The translations under genes were made by a program, and so were the position numbers. The notes beneath the pieces were generated by a model. It was not told where the DNA came from and ran no database searches. It saw only the letters and a program-made list of their open reading frames with translations. DNA of 64,000 nucleotides from Lingula anatina. Taxonomy: Eukaryota; Animalia; Brachiopoda. This document shows, piece by piece, positions 40,541 to 53,684 of the stretch (position 1 is the first letter of the stretch; each line of letters starts with the position of its first letter). The stretch is taken from contig CM120645.1 in the NCBI GenBank assembly GCA_051362555.1, forward strand, positions 22,966,434-23,030,433, in the 5' to 3' direction.

Positions 40541-43500
40541 AAATAGAGGCTTGATTGTCTTAAAGAATTTTTTCAGAGGAAAGAGACCTAGCTTGAAAAA
40601 AAAACAAAAATCCTTGCGAAAAGTGAATAAATATTATATCAACTCAAACTTACTCCTGCAGAGTTTCTAATACACAAATCAAACAAAAGCTTATCACATT
40701 ACAAGAAAATGATTTCAACATTTATCTAAAAGATTTCCTGAAACATGTGTAGTTGGGAAATATTGATCACACCCTATGTTTTACCAGTCCCTGTGTAAAA
40801 TATACAGAAATAAACAAGTGAATAACCCATTCAAAGCCTGATAACAGTATCACATGCACTTTCCCATAACAAGCTTCATCTGAATAAATACCACACACAA
40901 AGAGATCCAAATCTTATACGCTTTCAGTCAAAGTGTATGACTTCTTCCAATAACAATTACACACAAATAAAAATCAATCATTATTCAAAAAAGTTAATGT
41001 ATCAAAAAGAAGGGTTTTGTTTTGCCAGCAGGTGGAAGTCTGCTCACAGAGCTCTTTGTCTAGAACACTATAATTAGAGGAAAAAGACAATTTTTCTAAA
41101 GAGAAAAATCCGTTCCTGGGAGTAATCATGGATAATGTTTCTGCTGTCTCAGGGTTAAGAATTGAGTAATAAACTTTTCTTCAATCAACAGCTAAAATTG
41201 AAATTGTTTACCTCAAATATTCTTTTTAACATAATATAGCTCATGAAGTGATTCTGTCTTAGGGCTATATTCATTTCTTCTTTAAAATAATCTTACTTCT
41301 TACCCAAAGAAGCAAACACTTAACCCCCCCCCACTCCCCCCCCCCCCCCCCCCAGGATATTTAATTTCATGTGTAATACAGGTGTAATACAGTGAGCACA
41401 ATCAGTGAACGCACAGTCACTGAACAATTAAGTATCTACTTCCTGGAGTTAAACGAATAAGGTGTTTGTTACAAGTGACAGAACATGGCCTTATTAATAA
41501 ACCAGTTTCCCTCAGGGGCAGGTGAGGCATGAAGTCATATGCTGGTGAACAATATTCTATGAAAAAATAGATTAATTTGTGTAATTTGGCATTAGAGGTT
41601 TACTCAGCAGAAAACTTAGCATTTAAGTGGGAGAGGAAATATGGAATCAAGAAATTGTATTATACTGAAATTTTTTTCTGGCATTATGAAATGTTCATCT
41701 CAATTAAAGAGATTCCAAAGCTTTTTTTCTCTATTTAAAGGAATAATTATTCAGTAGCTCAACTCAAAAGGTAATTTCCCAGTAAAATTTCCCAGCGAAA
41801 TTATTTTTTTCTACATAAATTCAAACATTCTATCAATGTACAATAGTCTCTAAAGAGGCAATTAAAAATTTAATATCAGAGCTTTCTTCTCACTAAGTTA
41901 CAAGACACTTTGTTCAAACTATCATCTTAACTTGAAGGACAGATGGGCATAAAACTAAGCCATACTTAATGACATCGTACATATAATAAAAACTGGATTA
42001 TCTTGTAGCACACTGTCAGTTTGTCTTCTGGAAGCTTTAATTTCTATTTAGCATTAAATGTTTATGAACATTTTGCATTATTCTGGCTGAATAATAGAGG
42101 CAGGGGTTTCATTATATGTAATCCACTTAGGTTAAGTGTGCAAGGCAATAACACTAAAGCCTTGCTAGCAATATTAAGTTATTTTCTTTCATTATAATAA
42201 CTGCACTGCGTAAGGTTTTGAAATTTGAAGGAATTTAAATTGGACATGTTAATTACTAATTGATTTACAGAGATACCTGCCATTTGTAAACCTACTATTC
42301 TTTAGAGTTTAATTACTTTAATTTTTAATTTTTGTTATGACAGACAAAAACTGAAACATGTTAAGTTGGAAGACTTTGAAGTTCTCTTTCAAAACATTCC
42401 TTTTCTGTTATCATTAAAACCTTTTTAGGATCCAAGATAAAAAAAACTTCTATGAAGCAATCATCTTTATTCCAGTGTTAACACTTGTCTTGAAATATAT
42501 ACAAGTTCATATAAATCTGTTCTGAAATATATCACCTATTTGATTCCACATACATTTCAATTTCGGAGCCAGATTATTTTTATCCATTATACAGGCCATA
42601 ACCATCACAAGGTGTGCCCTTACATGGATAAAATAAATATTCACCATTGTGTTAGCTCTGCTTTGGAATGTGCCGGGTGTGACAATGTTTTTTGTTTTTT
42701 GCTGGCCCACATACATAAGGGAAGCTTGGCCAAACTTTTAATTTGGATGGAAAAATATCCACCCTGAACCATAATTTGACTTGGGCTAATCAGTTCTCAA
42801 GCATATGTAAGTTAACAGTAAAAAGATTTACTTTCTTACCCCCCCCCCTTTCTTTTTGAAATTGCTATAAAGACCTGGTATGTATTAAAAAAATTCACAG
42901 ATAAAAGGTCACTCCACTCTGGTATTAAAAAGCTTGCTTTTTCCCACCCTGACTGCTAAATGTTACAATATGTGAGGACAATATCACAAAGATGTTGCAA
43001 AAAAGTTACAAGCTTTGACAAAAAGACCCAGTCATTAAAAATTAACGTCAGCTTCTACCTGCAGTAATTGATCAAAATTATCAGGATGACTGATTACATT
43101 GACTGGGGCACCTGCTCGTTAAGTGTACAAAGATGAAGCCATTACCAGTAACTGACTCTAATGCCTATTTAAACAAAAACAGTACCACCTAACTGCAGAT
43201 CAGGCACGTTAATGTATCCAGGCTACTCGAAATATCGCTTTCATTATGTGAAATGGCATAATAATTCACGGTTGATGACAAAGTCCCAAGCGTGACTTAT
43301 GGAAATTGTATCCTTTATGGTTAGCTTTCTGCTGGTGATTCCCTTCTAGCATCTGAGTTTCTATAACTAATTGTCTCCCTGCTTTTAAGCACTACATTCA
43401 ATACATTTGCCTGATAGGATGTCTTAATCATTTATTGTTCTTTTATAAATGCAAAATCATAAGCAACTTAATTCTGTTCCTTCATTCTTAATTCATGTGG

Positions 43501-44533
43501 TGCGTGGATGGTTAAATTTTATGCTACACTGGTTACCAATCCAGCAAAAAATTTTATTTTACAATGTAAGAAAATGGAATGCATTATACAAGAAACCAAT
43601 ATTATCATTATCATCATCATCATCATTATTATTATTATTATTATGAAACTATAAATAATTCATTATAGCTGAAACCCTAGTCCAAATGCAACTCTCTGGA
43701 AAGCAAATCTAGTTGCTCGTTGGAAACTCTACATACTCCTTTACATGTACATGTCTATCTGCAATGTACCTTTGGCCTCAAATAACCTCTTGAATGCAAT
43801 CCTAAGATTAATGAGGTACAAAAATAACTTAGAAACCCACTGGGACAGAGACATATTGTGCCCACCATGACTGAAATAGTTACCTTGGCTATACATTAAA
43901 TTCATATGTCTATTTTGTATAAGGTTGTTTCATGGTATATTTTCCAAGCATCATTTTGCCATATTTTGCAATGTCAGAAGTCATCGGATGCACTGATGTA
44001 CATTATTTTCATTTTAACAAAGCCCCTTATTATCATTTAGATTAACTATTATATAGAAAACTATCAATAAAGAATTGGTTGAATTCTGATCCACAATACT
44101 TTGATAAAGTCTTTTACACTCAGCAAATAGAGATTAAAATTTAAAGAAAAATTCTAGGTGTAACACCCCTGCAGACAAGATTCTAGTATACACTTCAAAA
44201 GAATGAGTTCACTTTCCTGACTATGTGAATTTCTCTCTTAATTCATTCAAAATAACTCAAAGATATTTCTTGATGGAACATATTTTGGCAACATTAAAAA
44301 AAGGCAATCCCAAAGTTCTGAAATAGTAAGGTTTATGATAAAAAGTATGTTACTGTGAAAGGCTAGGATGCTGACACTTGAAAAAAAATTAAAATATTAG
44401 AAAAAGCAAAGTGTCTGAAATTTGTGATAATTACCATATATGACCTTAAGTTAGGGTGAGAGAAGTCGTCAAGATTCCTACCATTAGTTATGGATGAGAG
44501 TATCGTGATGTCCCGTGTATGGACGCGACTTAC

Positions 44534-44605
44534 TGGGCCAGTCTTTGGGTATATGGAGCAAACAGACATTGCACGCTGATGACAAAAACAAGACATTTGG
44601 TGCAT
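44534..44605 (-). CDS. Candidate alternative first coding exon MHQMSCFCHQRAMSVCSIYPKTGP
   Basis: 24 codons to CCA|GTAAGT (phase 0). A second in-frame phase-0 donor ATG|GTAATT lies at 44435. The region is locally CpG-rich and lies downstream of a (CT)n tract on the minus strand. Confidence 0.3.
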
Positions 44606-44714
44606 GCCGGTTTAGCGGTAACACCCCTGTACCATATAGCAGATATGTTCACAGTGCATTTATATCTATTTTGGGTGCTTTAAATGTGTTGTTGCTTATA
44701 CATACACATAAATC

Positions 44715-44718
<4 letters not shown>

Positions 44719-44755
<37 letters not shown>
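44719..44755. repeat. (AG)n microsatellite
   Basis: Visible directly. Confidence 0.95.
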
Positions 44756-44756
<1 letters not shown>

Positions 44757-47700
44757 GAATAAACAAGCAAAAGAAGAAAAGTAACAAAGGGAGAAACAAA
44801 TAAAAATGAATTTATTTTTGGAAGGATTCTAAAAAGTTCTAATCACACAAGATAATTCCTGAACCATGCATCAAAAAGTGAATTTTCTACATCAACAATC
44901 TGCCTTGAAATCCAAGCTTCAGAGAACATGACAAGAACAAAGAGTTCCCACACCCCCTGGGTAACCTCCTTATCAAGGTGTATAGAGAACAATCCTGGTA
45001 TGCTTTATTAGAAGAATGCTTAATGTAATCTGATATCTTAATTGTGATGAATATGAATAACAGCGTAATATAATATCTCTAATCAAAGGTAAAATTTAAA
45101 ATTATATCTTTAGTTGCAGCAGGTGTCTCCATCATGTTAAGACATTCATTTTAAAATATAATACGTGAAGACTCATATTTTTTGCCATTTTAAGGCCCTC
45201 CAAGGCAGAAAAGTTGATATCTATTTTCATCATGTAACTGAATTGATATGAAGCAAGTAACATGATTAGGAGTTGCTTTAGGCCAAAGAAAAGTACCACT
45301 GTTTTTGGAAAAATCACATGCTTACAGATTAATCTTTATTGTAAATGTAACCGATCATCCATGATTAAACATAATGAGTAAAATAAGTCAATGTTTCATG
45401 AAAATGTGGATGTAATTGCCCATAAAAACAACAGGTAGTTCATGTTACAGGATGGAGTAGTAGCCCCACTGGCTTGCATTAGAACCCTCTGTCTTTGAAG
45501 TACACCTAGAGCAATGGATGAAATTGTAAGGAGTCTTCAATTTCCACCATGGGATTCTCGGTTTGAGAACCATCATTCAAATCCATCATGACAAATGTGA
45601 CAATATCTTGAGGTTAAAAAGGCATTATTTCTATTCGATAAATCATACAGACATCAAGAATTACAGATATACTCAATTGCCTGTTATGATGATTATTGTA
45701 TTAACAAACTTGCTCAGATTACAGATCCTCTATGTGAAACTCTTTTTGGATAAAAGTTATACTTGGTGAGAGAAAAATGTTTTTGTTGTACACCTCACAA
45801 TGCAGCTCATCCAAACACAATGCAGCACATCCAGGCACAACTAGCACATTTGACAAGAAGGCTGCTTGTTCTGCTAGCTACTAGGTTGCCCATGCAAAAT
45901 TTTGAAAATAATAGAATTTTCCCTTTACTTCCTCCTCTACAAGTTAAAGAAAATGTTTTTTGCTCTTCTGAAAGCTAAAAGAATTATAATGATAACAACG
46001 AAATCAAACCATTTATACTTTTAACAATCAAGTGAATATCCATTACCTTAGATAAAGAGCAGAAAAACTCATGAAAACTAGTAAGTCTTGGCACACATTC
46101 TATACACATCACTGCGCCACATACACAAAACATATAACCTCAAAATAATTGTTTGTACCATGGTAGCTGTTCCCATAGTTCCAATGACTCAGGACAGACC
46201 AACATAACCATGACAACCAAGACTAACTGTAACAACCAATCAGGACAGAGGGGGAAATGAACCAAATTGGTCATTAATAACAACATGACATCTCCCATAA
46301 TGAAGCCAAGACAGCATATCAAACCAGTGAATAATATCACGCAAAAAACGTGAAACAAAATTTAGTTTCTGACACAATATATTTTGCTTGCCACTTGCTC
46401 TTTTTTTGAACCAAATACTTTGTTCTTCTCAGAAGTAAAGGATTTTCTGTGTAGTAAAATATGATAATTGATATTTTATTTCTTTTGAACAACAAATTCC
46501 TTCATGCCATGACTACTATCCTAATTTTCTTTCAAATCCAATGTTTTGCAACTTGTCTTTCTTTTCTTTCCTTTTTTTTACAGATTTTTAATGTGATGTG
46601 GCACTTTAAAAATCTGAATATTTACATATATTTTCAGCTCTCAAGACAAGGTTGCTGAAGGAAAGAATATCTGGGGGTCCAGAAAACTCCATATAAATCA
46701 CCAAACATCCTCTCAATGACAGCAGACGACAATTTGAAATTAACAAAATTTAGGTAACGGGACAGCAACTCATCATTGGCAATAATTTCATAATGAGATC
46801 ATACACATGAGTCAGGGGTAATGATAGAAATCGGCAGACATCAAAGGGTTCCGTATTATCCCTGTAACTGTGTCAATTTGCGACAGAATTGGTGTCTGGA
46901 TCAGAACCCACCGCCTCGTCTGCCACTGACATGAGAAGTCTATTGCAAGCAGACAATGTTCCCCAAATACTTTCTGTACACATACCATATCAAATTTGAC
47001 TAAAGAAAATTAGTAACTGTGGAACATTTTTCTCACATTTTAAAAAAAGATATGACATCATTTTTAATATTCTGCTTTTCTTGCTGTAAAAAAAATATTA
47101 TTACAGTGAAATGTGATCACAAAAATTCCTCTGCCCATTTATTTATGCTGAACCCATCATCAGCCTTGTCAGCTCTCCTAATTTACATATTCAACAATTT
47201 TTGACATTAATTCTGTTTGTTTTTGATGTCTGATCTCATCAGCATCACTGAAAAATGTAATGTCAGATGTGCATAATTAAATGTAATCAGCATTGTCAGG
47301 AATGAAGTCATCACAAGGGCCACACAAGAATGATCATACAAGAACTAAAACAAGAAAAACCAAGAACCGAAACCATGATTTCCAGTGAGTCAACATCTCC
47401 ATTTCTAATTGAAAAGATTTAGACTTTAAATGACAGGCATATCAAATTAAATTATCATAGAAAATCAGATTTCACAGAGAAGCAGGATGAGGGGTTCTTC
47501 ACCCTGTCAAATCAACTGTACAATTTGCATCAAATAAAAAACAAAAATCTGGGACTATACGTCGAATAAATATGGAAAGGCTTCTTCTAAAGCTCTCAGA
47601 ATCTGGAGACAAAAGCTTATTTCTGTACCCATAAATAGGTTTGCTATAGCTGGTATCTCAAGGGAAAGTTAATTTTGCATGTCCAGAGATACTGTAAGAT

Positions 47701-47850
47701 TACCATCTTGCTTTAGTTATAACCCAAGACATGATCTCTCTATGGGTCTGTTTTAATGCAGGGTTGCCTGCAGTTTAGTTAGTTAAAAGGGGCAAATATT
47801 TTTATGAAAACCACCATCTGGCACTATTAAGATGAAAAATTACAAAAGAG

Positions 47851-47853
47851 AAA

Positions 47854-47900
<47 letters not shown>

Positions 47901-47902
47901 AT
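47851..47902. repeat. (TAAA)n microsatellite
   Basis: Visible directly. Confidence 0.95.
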
Positions 47903-50900
47903 ATGGTAATCTGTGAATGTTTAGTTTACAAAGCATGGTAAATAAATATCATAATTCCATCATTTCCAAACCATGTACATACAGTGCGTAACTGTCAGTT
48001 AGATATAAAGTGTGAGTCGGCTTTATATCTGGTTACTCTTGTTTACATCACAACTTCCTCTCAGGTAACACAGCAACCTATCTTTTTACATCTCACCTGA
48101 CCAGGTGAGTTATCTATTCATAGTCAATCATCATCCCGAGACTCATAGGTCCCAAGAAACAATTTCTGATAAATTTTCTATTTCTAAATGAAACCCACTC
48201 GGGGTGACTTTCCCTAGTTCAGCTTATTTCTTATTCTTAGAAGTTTCTGATTAAGTGAGATATTTCCACATTTTAAATCCTCTCTCACTAAGTGACTTAA
48301 ATTCAAGTTGTTCTTTCATTACACGACCAATCAAACTCAAACAATCATTCATTTGATCTCTGGCCCTTTACGTGATTCATTAATTAACGTCACGGCTGAG
48401 CACGTGAAAGACACGGTGGAGAGATGATGAGGGTTTAATAAGCAAGACATCTGCCATGTACTTCAATGTCGTCTTCCATGCTGTGACGATAGATACCAGA
48501 CTAATTTTTCATCAGGTTCTAGCTTTTTTTAACCTGTTAAGAGCACTTCAGTTCCAATAGATGGTGTTTGCTATTCTACTTGATGTAATTTTGTCTTAGT
48601 TTAATGTTATGAAACATCTGTCATAAATCTGTTTTTAAGTTTTCTAATAATGCAAATTCCTTGCTTGCTGATTCTTAATGCAACAAAATTCCTTTCTTGG
48701 TAAATTCATAACAATCTTCACTGAAAGAGAAACATTATCTCACAGAAACAATCATTATATAAACACAGCATCTTTATATGAAATCATTTTCATAAAGAAA
48801 AATGTCAAGTCTCCTGAAATGAAAGGACATTCATTCCAAATACAAGAAGCAGTGAAAAACAAAGTCATAAAATAAAGAAATTACAATATTAGTCATTCCA
48901 TTGATTAATTTCAAAGGGAAAGGGGCAAGTTATCTGCATGCAATTAAATGCTCTATGGCATGGATTTTGCCTATATAAACTTTTCTCATACTGAACATTG
49001 CATTTCACAGGGTTTTTTTTACCAGTATTCTTATCATCCAATTTAAACCAAAATCTATTACCATTTTTTCCATTATCAGGTCACAATTTGGAATTTCTTT
49101 GTTCTTTTTTTCATAAATGATGAAGTATTCAGCTTTAATTATGGCAAATATACTTTAGTCATAAAATGATTATCACGATAAAAGACTGGAAAATGAGGTA
49201 AGGGTCCTCTTAGATATTTAAAAAATGCAAGTTGGCTAAAATTCTTAGCATTCTTTGCTAAGTCAACAATCTACTTAAATCATTTTATAAAATTTGAAAC
49301 CAGACCCAGGGTTGGGGGGCTGTGAGTTTGGCCTTGGGGGGAAAAATGGACACTTCCCCTACCTTAAGGATCTGGTCATGTAGTAGTAGCCCCATCCTGT
49401 CTGCCGGACCCCCCTTGGTCACCCTGGAAACCACCAGACCACCACTGGCTCCACCTTCAGGCTAGAAAATAGAATAATCATAGTCACTGTTTGATTTTTT
49501 TTATGTGTGTTCCTTTATTCAATCATTCATGTACTTGCATAGATAAATATTTTGATATTTACTTAGTAATTTGGTAGGTGTTTGTTTGTACGTTTGTACA
49601 TCCATTCATTCATGTGCTGATTTTTCTTTCATTCATTTATTCCTTTTATCACTTATTTATCAATATATGCAATTTTATCTCTATCACTTTTAAATTGTAA
49701 AAATCAGTCCCAAATTAAAATTCAGGTTGACTGTTCATTTACAAATCAGAAACTCAAATAATGATGCATATTTTCAGAGTTTTCGCATGTAAATGAATTT
49801 ATAACATGTCCCTTTCCAAATAAATAACTGATTTGTCAAAAACTGTAGAAACCACTGGTCACGAAAACTTGCAATACGAGATCATGTCTGTCAAAGTGCT
49901 CACCACAAAACATTCATCAGATATCAGAATTTTTAATAAAAGACAGAACAAAGGAAATCTGATTCGTGTTTATTACTGGGTCTCTTCTGCACAGATCAAA
50001 AAAGGCCATATGTCAATTGCAATTAAGACTAGAACAATGAAACAACATCTCCCCAATTCATTAAGTCTCTGCTCTTAGTTGTCGCAATACAAGAAATACA
50101 ATCCTCCGGGTCATTATCTTGTAGTTAATTGGTCAGCTTAATCAGACATCAATATCAGAGTGGTCAGTGATTAAAGCCGTGTTCACACTGGATAAAAACT
50201 GACAGACTCATCAGGTGTAGAACTGGTTCAGTCAATACCAACTATGTCCAGAAGAGAAAATTTTACACATGTTAAACAAATATTCTAAGACTATCCATTT
50301 TTTCACTATTTATTTTACTCTGAATGATGATAAATCAGTAATAATCAATATTATGCCTGTGTTTCTTGCTTCAGACCAACTCACCTTACTTTATTAAAGT
50401 GGACTACTAATAATTTAATTTATCTTGACCTAAAGTAGACCAATTTTTATCAAAAACATGAGACATTGTCGGGCTTGAGATTTTTGATGACCCCTGCCCC
50501 TGGTCAGCTTATTGCAGTTCAATTTACAATCCAAAATACACTTTGAGAAGAGATGGAAGTCTTTAATAAAATCCTGAAAGTGCAAGCATTGAAGGAGAGC
50601 AGTTTTATGGGGGGGGGGGGGGGGAGGGGGGGGCGGGGGGGAGGGGGGCAGGAGGCACAAAACAACACCTTAATATTAGGATTCAGGATAAATGAGGAAT
50701 ATTTCCATCTCTTCTTGAGTAAGCAGACCAGGACTCTTCATCTTCACATAAACCTGCCTTAGACCAATCCAGAGCCAATCTAGAGTGTCCACTGTAAATG
50801 TGGTCACAGCGGTCAGTTATTAAATATGCATTAGTAATAAGCATTTAATGGACTGAAGACTGGACAATAGTTATCAGTCACTGTCAGCTTTCCTGGGGAT

Positions 50901-51128
50901 TTTTTTTCTTCATTTCTCATCAAATAAAAAACTGATATGTTTCTCTGTTACTTTGATTTTGCAAGACAAGGCTATCAAATTGAAACTCTGCCTTCATCTT
51001 ATTGTCTTTTGTCTTTAACATTATTATATATTTTTTAGAAAATATTTTTTTATGTCAAGATTTTTACAATCCTCTGCAGGGTTATGTTTTAACCTTTGAA
51101 TTGTTGGTTGGTAAATTATCTCAAAATG

Positions 51129-51291
51129 CAGGGGCAGAGACTGTCTTATGGGTCTTCCGGAAGACAGTCAGATTTTAAAGTTTACATTGACGGGTATCTT
51201 TTTTTTCTGTTGGAAGACCATCAAAAATGGAGGATGGATCAACAAAAATTATTTGGAATACTGTCAGAAAATATCTCTGGATCTGCTCCTG
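51129..51291 (-). mobile_element. MITE family B copy 2 (5-bp TSD AAATG)
   Basis: Ends CAGGGGCAGA / TCTGCTCCTG, with AAATG on both flanks. Reverse-complement homolog of 4566-4734. Confidence 0.8.
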
Positions 51292-51359
51292 AAATGATAT
51301 GAATGGAATAGATATAAGAAATGGGCTTACTTTGGATTGACTAGATATTGGTGGTGATT

Positions 51360-51397
51360 ATTAATTAATTAACTAATTAATTAGTTAATTAATTAAT
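51360..51397. repeat. Perfect 38-bp AT-rich palindrome
   Basis: ATTAATTAATTAACTAATT|AATTAGTTAATTAATTAAT. Confidence 0.9.
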
Positions 51398-52450
51398 CAA
51401 CTAATAGGCTGCCTTCCTTCAATACTTTTCTAGATAGCTGTTGTTATTTTCAATGGGGGAATCAATATTTTTTTCATGTGCAATTCTTTTATTCATACAT
51501 GTAACAGTAACAGATTGTGTTCACATGATTTATGCCCAAGTTCCGTAATTCATGGCCTGCAACTTCTGGAAATCTTTCAGACAACTGACCACACCTGTGA
51601 GGGTTGTGTCCACCACTGAGGTCACTTACAGATGCTGCCCAGTGTCCACTCAAATGGTGACTTAATTGAGTCTGGGGCATCTGATTCATGGAATTCAGGT
51701 ATTCTATTTGCCTTCTTTGTATTCTAGCTAATACTATTTCTAATGGGCTGTTCTCTCGTCTGTGATTTAATAAAAAACAGAACACGTCTACAGTCATACT
51801 ATGGTGTCTTAGTACATGGCGTGCATAACAACACATTGGTAACATTATGTGGTCAATCCAATTTACATTTGGACACTGGTATTGTCAGCCAATTGTCTCG
51901 TGGGTGACCACCACACTCTGTCCACTGTTCTCACACAGAGAGTTCACGACATGGTGTCTATGTACACGTAATATGTGGTGACATTGTTTACGTCATATCG
52001 TTGTATGGATGTCTGCCGTGGACAGATGGGAATACATATGTAGTCAGCAGGAGACTGGAATAACAATGACTGCCAGGTGTTTCAGGTTTACTGTGTCATG
52101 GCACAGACTACCGGGAGTTTCAGTTTCACTGTGCAGTGGCATCATCGTTGTGTAGAGAATTGTATCTTCTTTCTTGCAATTTTTTTTATTTTTTCTGTTC
52201 TTGTATTCTGTGTTATTTGCACAAAAAGTATTTCAGGGAACTGCCACAATGTTTTGACTATTGTATTTAAAACAGAGCTCAATTAACATTTTAACTTTCA
52301 GTACTGGCTATTAAATATAAGGAATATTCAAAATCAAGAAATAAGAAAAAAGTTTTTTGATTTTAGAACATTATTTTACAAAATACTTGTGCATGTTTTT
52401 ATTCCTGTTTATTTCCTAAACATAGAAGGATATTTTTAAACACTGTCATT

Positions 52451-52749
52451 GATCGCATTCACGAGTTGAGCCAGGCTTTACAAATCCTGGGGACTAAATA
52501 TGGCGGTCGTACATGAAAGAAAAACTGCCTAATCTTTTAATAGTCTCTCCGCCTCTCACACGCCTCTCCACACGTCGTCCCTGCGGAGGGACAGTCATTA
52601 AATCTCGGCTCCATTGGGACGACACATGGGGAGGCGTGTGAGAGGCGGAGAGACTTTTAAAAGATTAGGCGGTTTTTCTTTCATGTACGTCTGCCATATT
52701 TAGTCCCCAGGATTTGTAAAGCCTGGCTCAACTCGTTGTGAATGCGATC
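52451..52749. mobile_element. Fold-back (palindromic) MITE with ~135-bp arms
   Basis: Near-perfect inverted arms (GATCGCATTCAC..GAGTTGAGCCAGGCTTTACAAATCCTGGGGACTAAATATGGC...) around a ~20-nt loop. ATT on both flanks. Confidence 0.85.
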
Positions 52750-53158
52750 ATTGTCTCCGTGACACTTCACAAGACGATGTACTTTTGTCACCTAGAAGTT
52801 GCGACATTCTGCGACACTGCAACACCATCACCCCAACACCTTGTCATATGGCATTTCACTAATCAGGTCAAATGTCACCAAACTTTGTTTTCCTTTCTAA
52901 TTGTGATCCCTGCTTAACCAGATAAACTCTGTGAAAATCAACTTAACAGCAATCAGTGAGATGCCTTTAATTGGATTACTTGTATAATATGATATTTTAA
53001 TCGGTTTTAAATGGTTCCCCCAATCTTGGTGATGTATGTGTCTTTAAGACGGGACATATGGGCCCACGGAAAAGAAAACTGAAGAGTGTAAAGATTGGTG
53101 TTGTGAGAAAGTAAATCATCACAAGTTTGGATTTTCCCCTGTGTTTTAACATATAGAC

Positions 53159-53216
53159 AAGTATCTTAATGGAGATTTGATTGCCAAAAGTATCTTAATG
53201 GAGATTTGATTGCCAA
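53159..53216. repeat. Perfect 29-bp tandem duplication
   Basis: AAGTATCTTAATGGAGATTTGATTGCCAA x2. Confidence 0.95.
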
Positions 53217-53684
53217 ATTTTTCTCTGATGAAAAAGAACTATAGGCTAACATTAGGTATATGTACCGTGGTTACTTTCAATTGTCTGAAGGCTGAATTCG
53301 AGTTAAATGTGTGGGCAGACAACAAGAGGACTTTTATCAAGTGACTGTGCTGACCTCTCCTCTCCTAACCTAACCAGAGGTCCTTCTTTTTCAAAATGTG
53401 AAAAATGTCAATTTTATTTTGAACAATAAATTGAACAATTTTAAACAATAAGCAATATTTCAAAGAGCACAAAATCTTCTCAAAACCAAAATACAAAATA
53501 TAAAATTATATATAGTACTCATTCATAAATCCTAAATGAATGTGATGCTTTTTTCTTTGTCTCGTGTGGCAGAAATAATATCCCATATATCCCTTCGTTA
53601 AAGGCCATTTCGGATCACAGAAAATCAATGGGAAAAACAGTCCAAACCTCTAATCAAATCAGTGTTAATTCCTTTTACTCTTAA

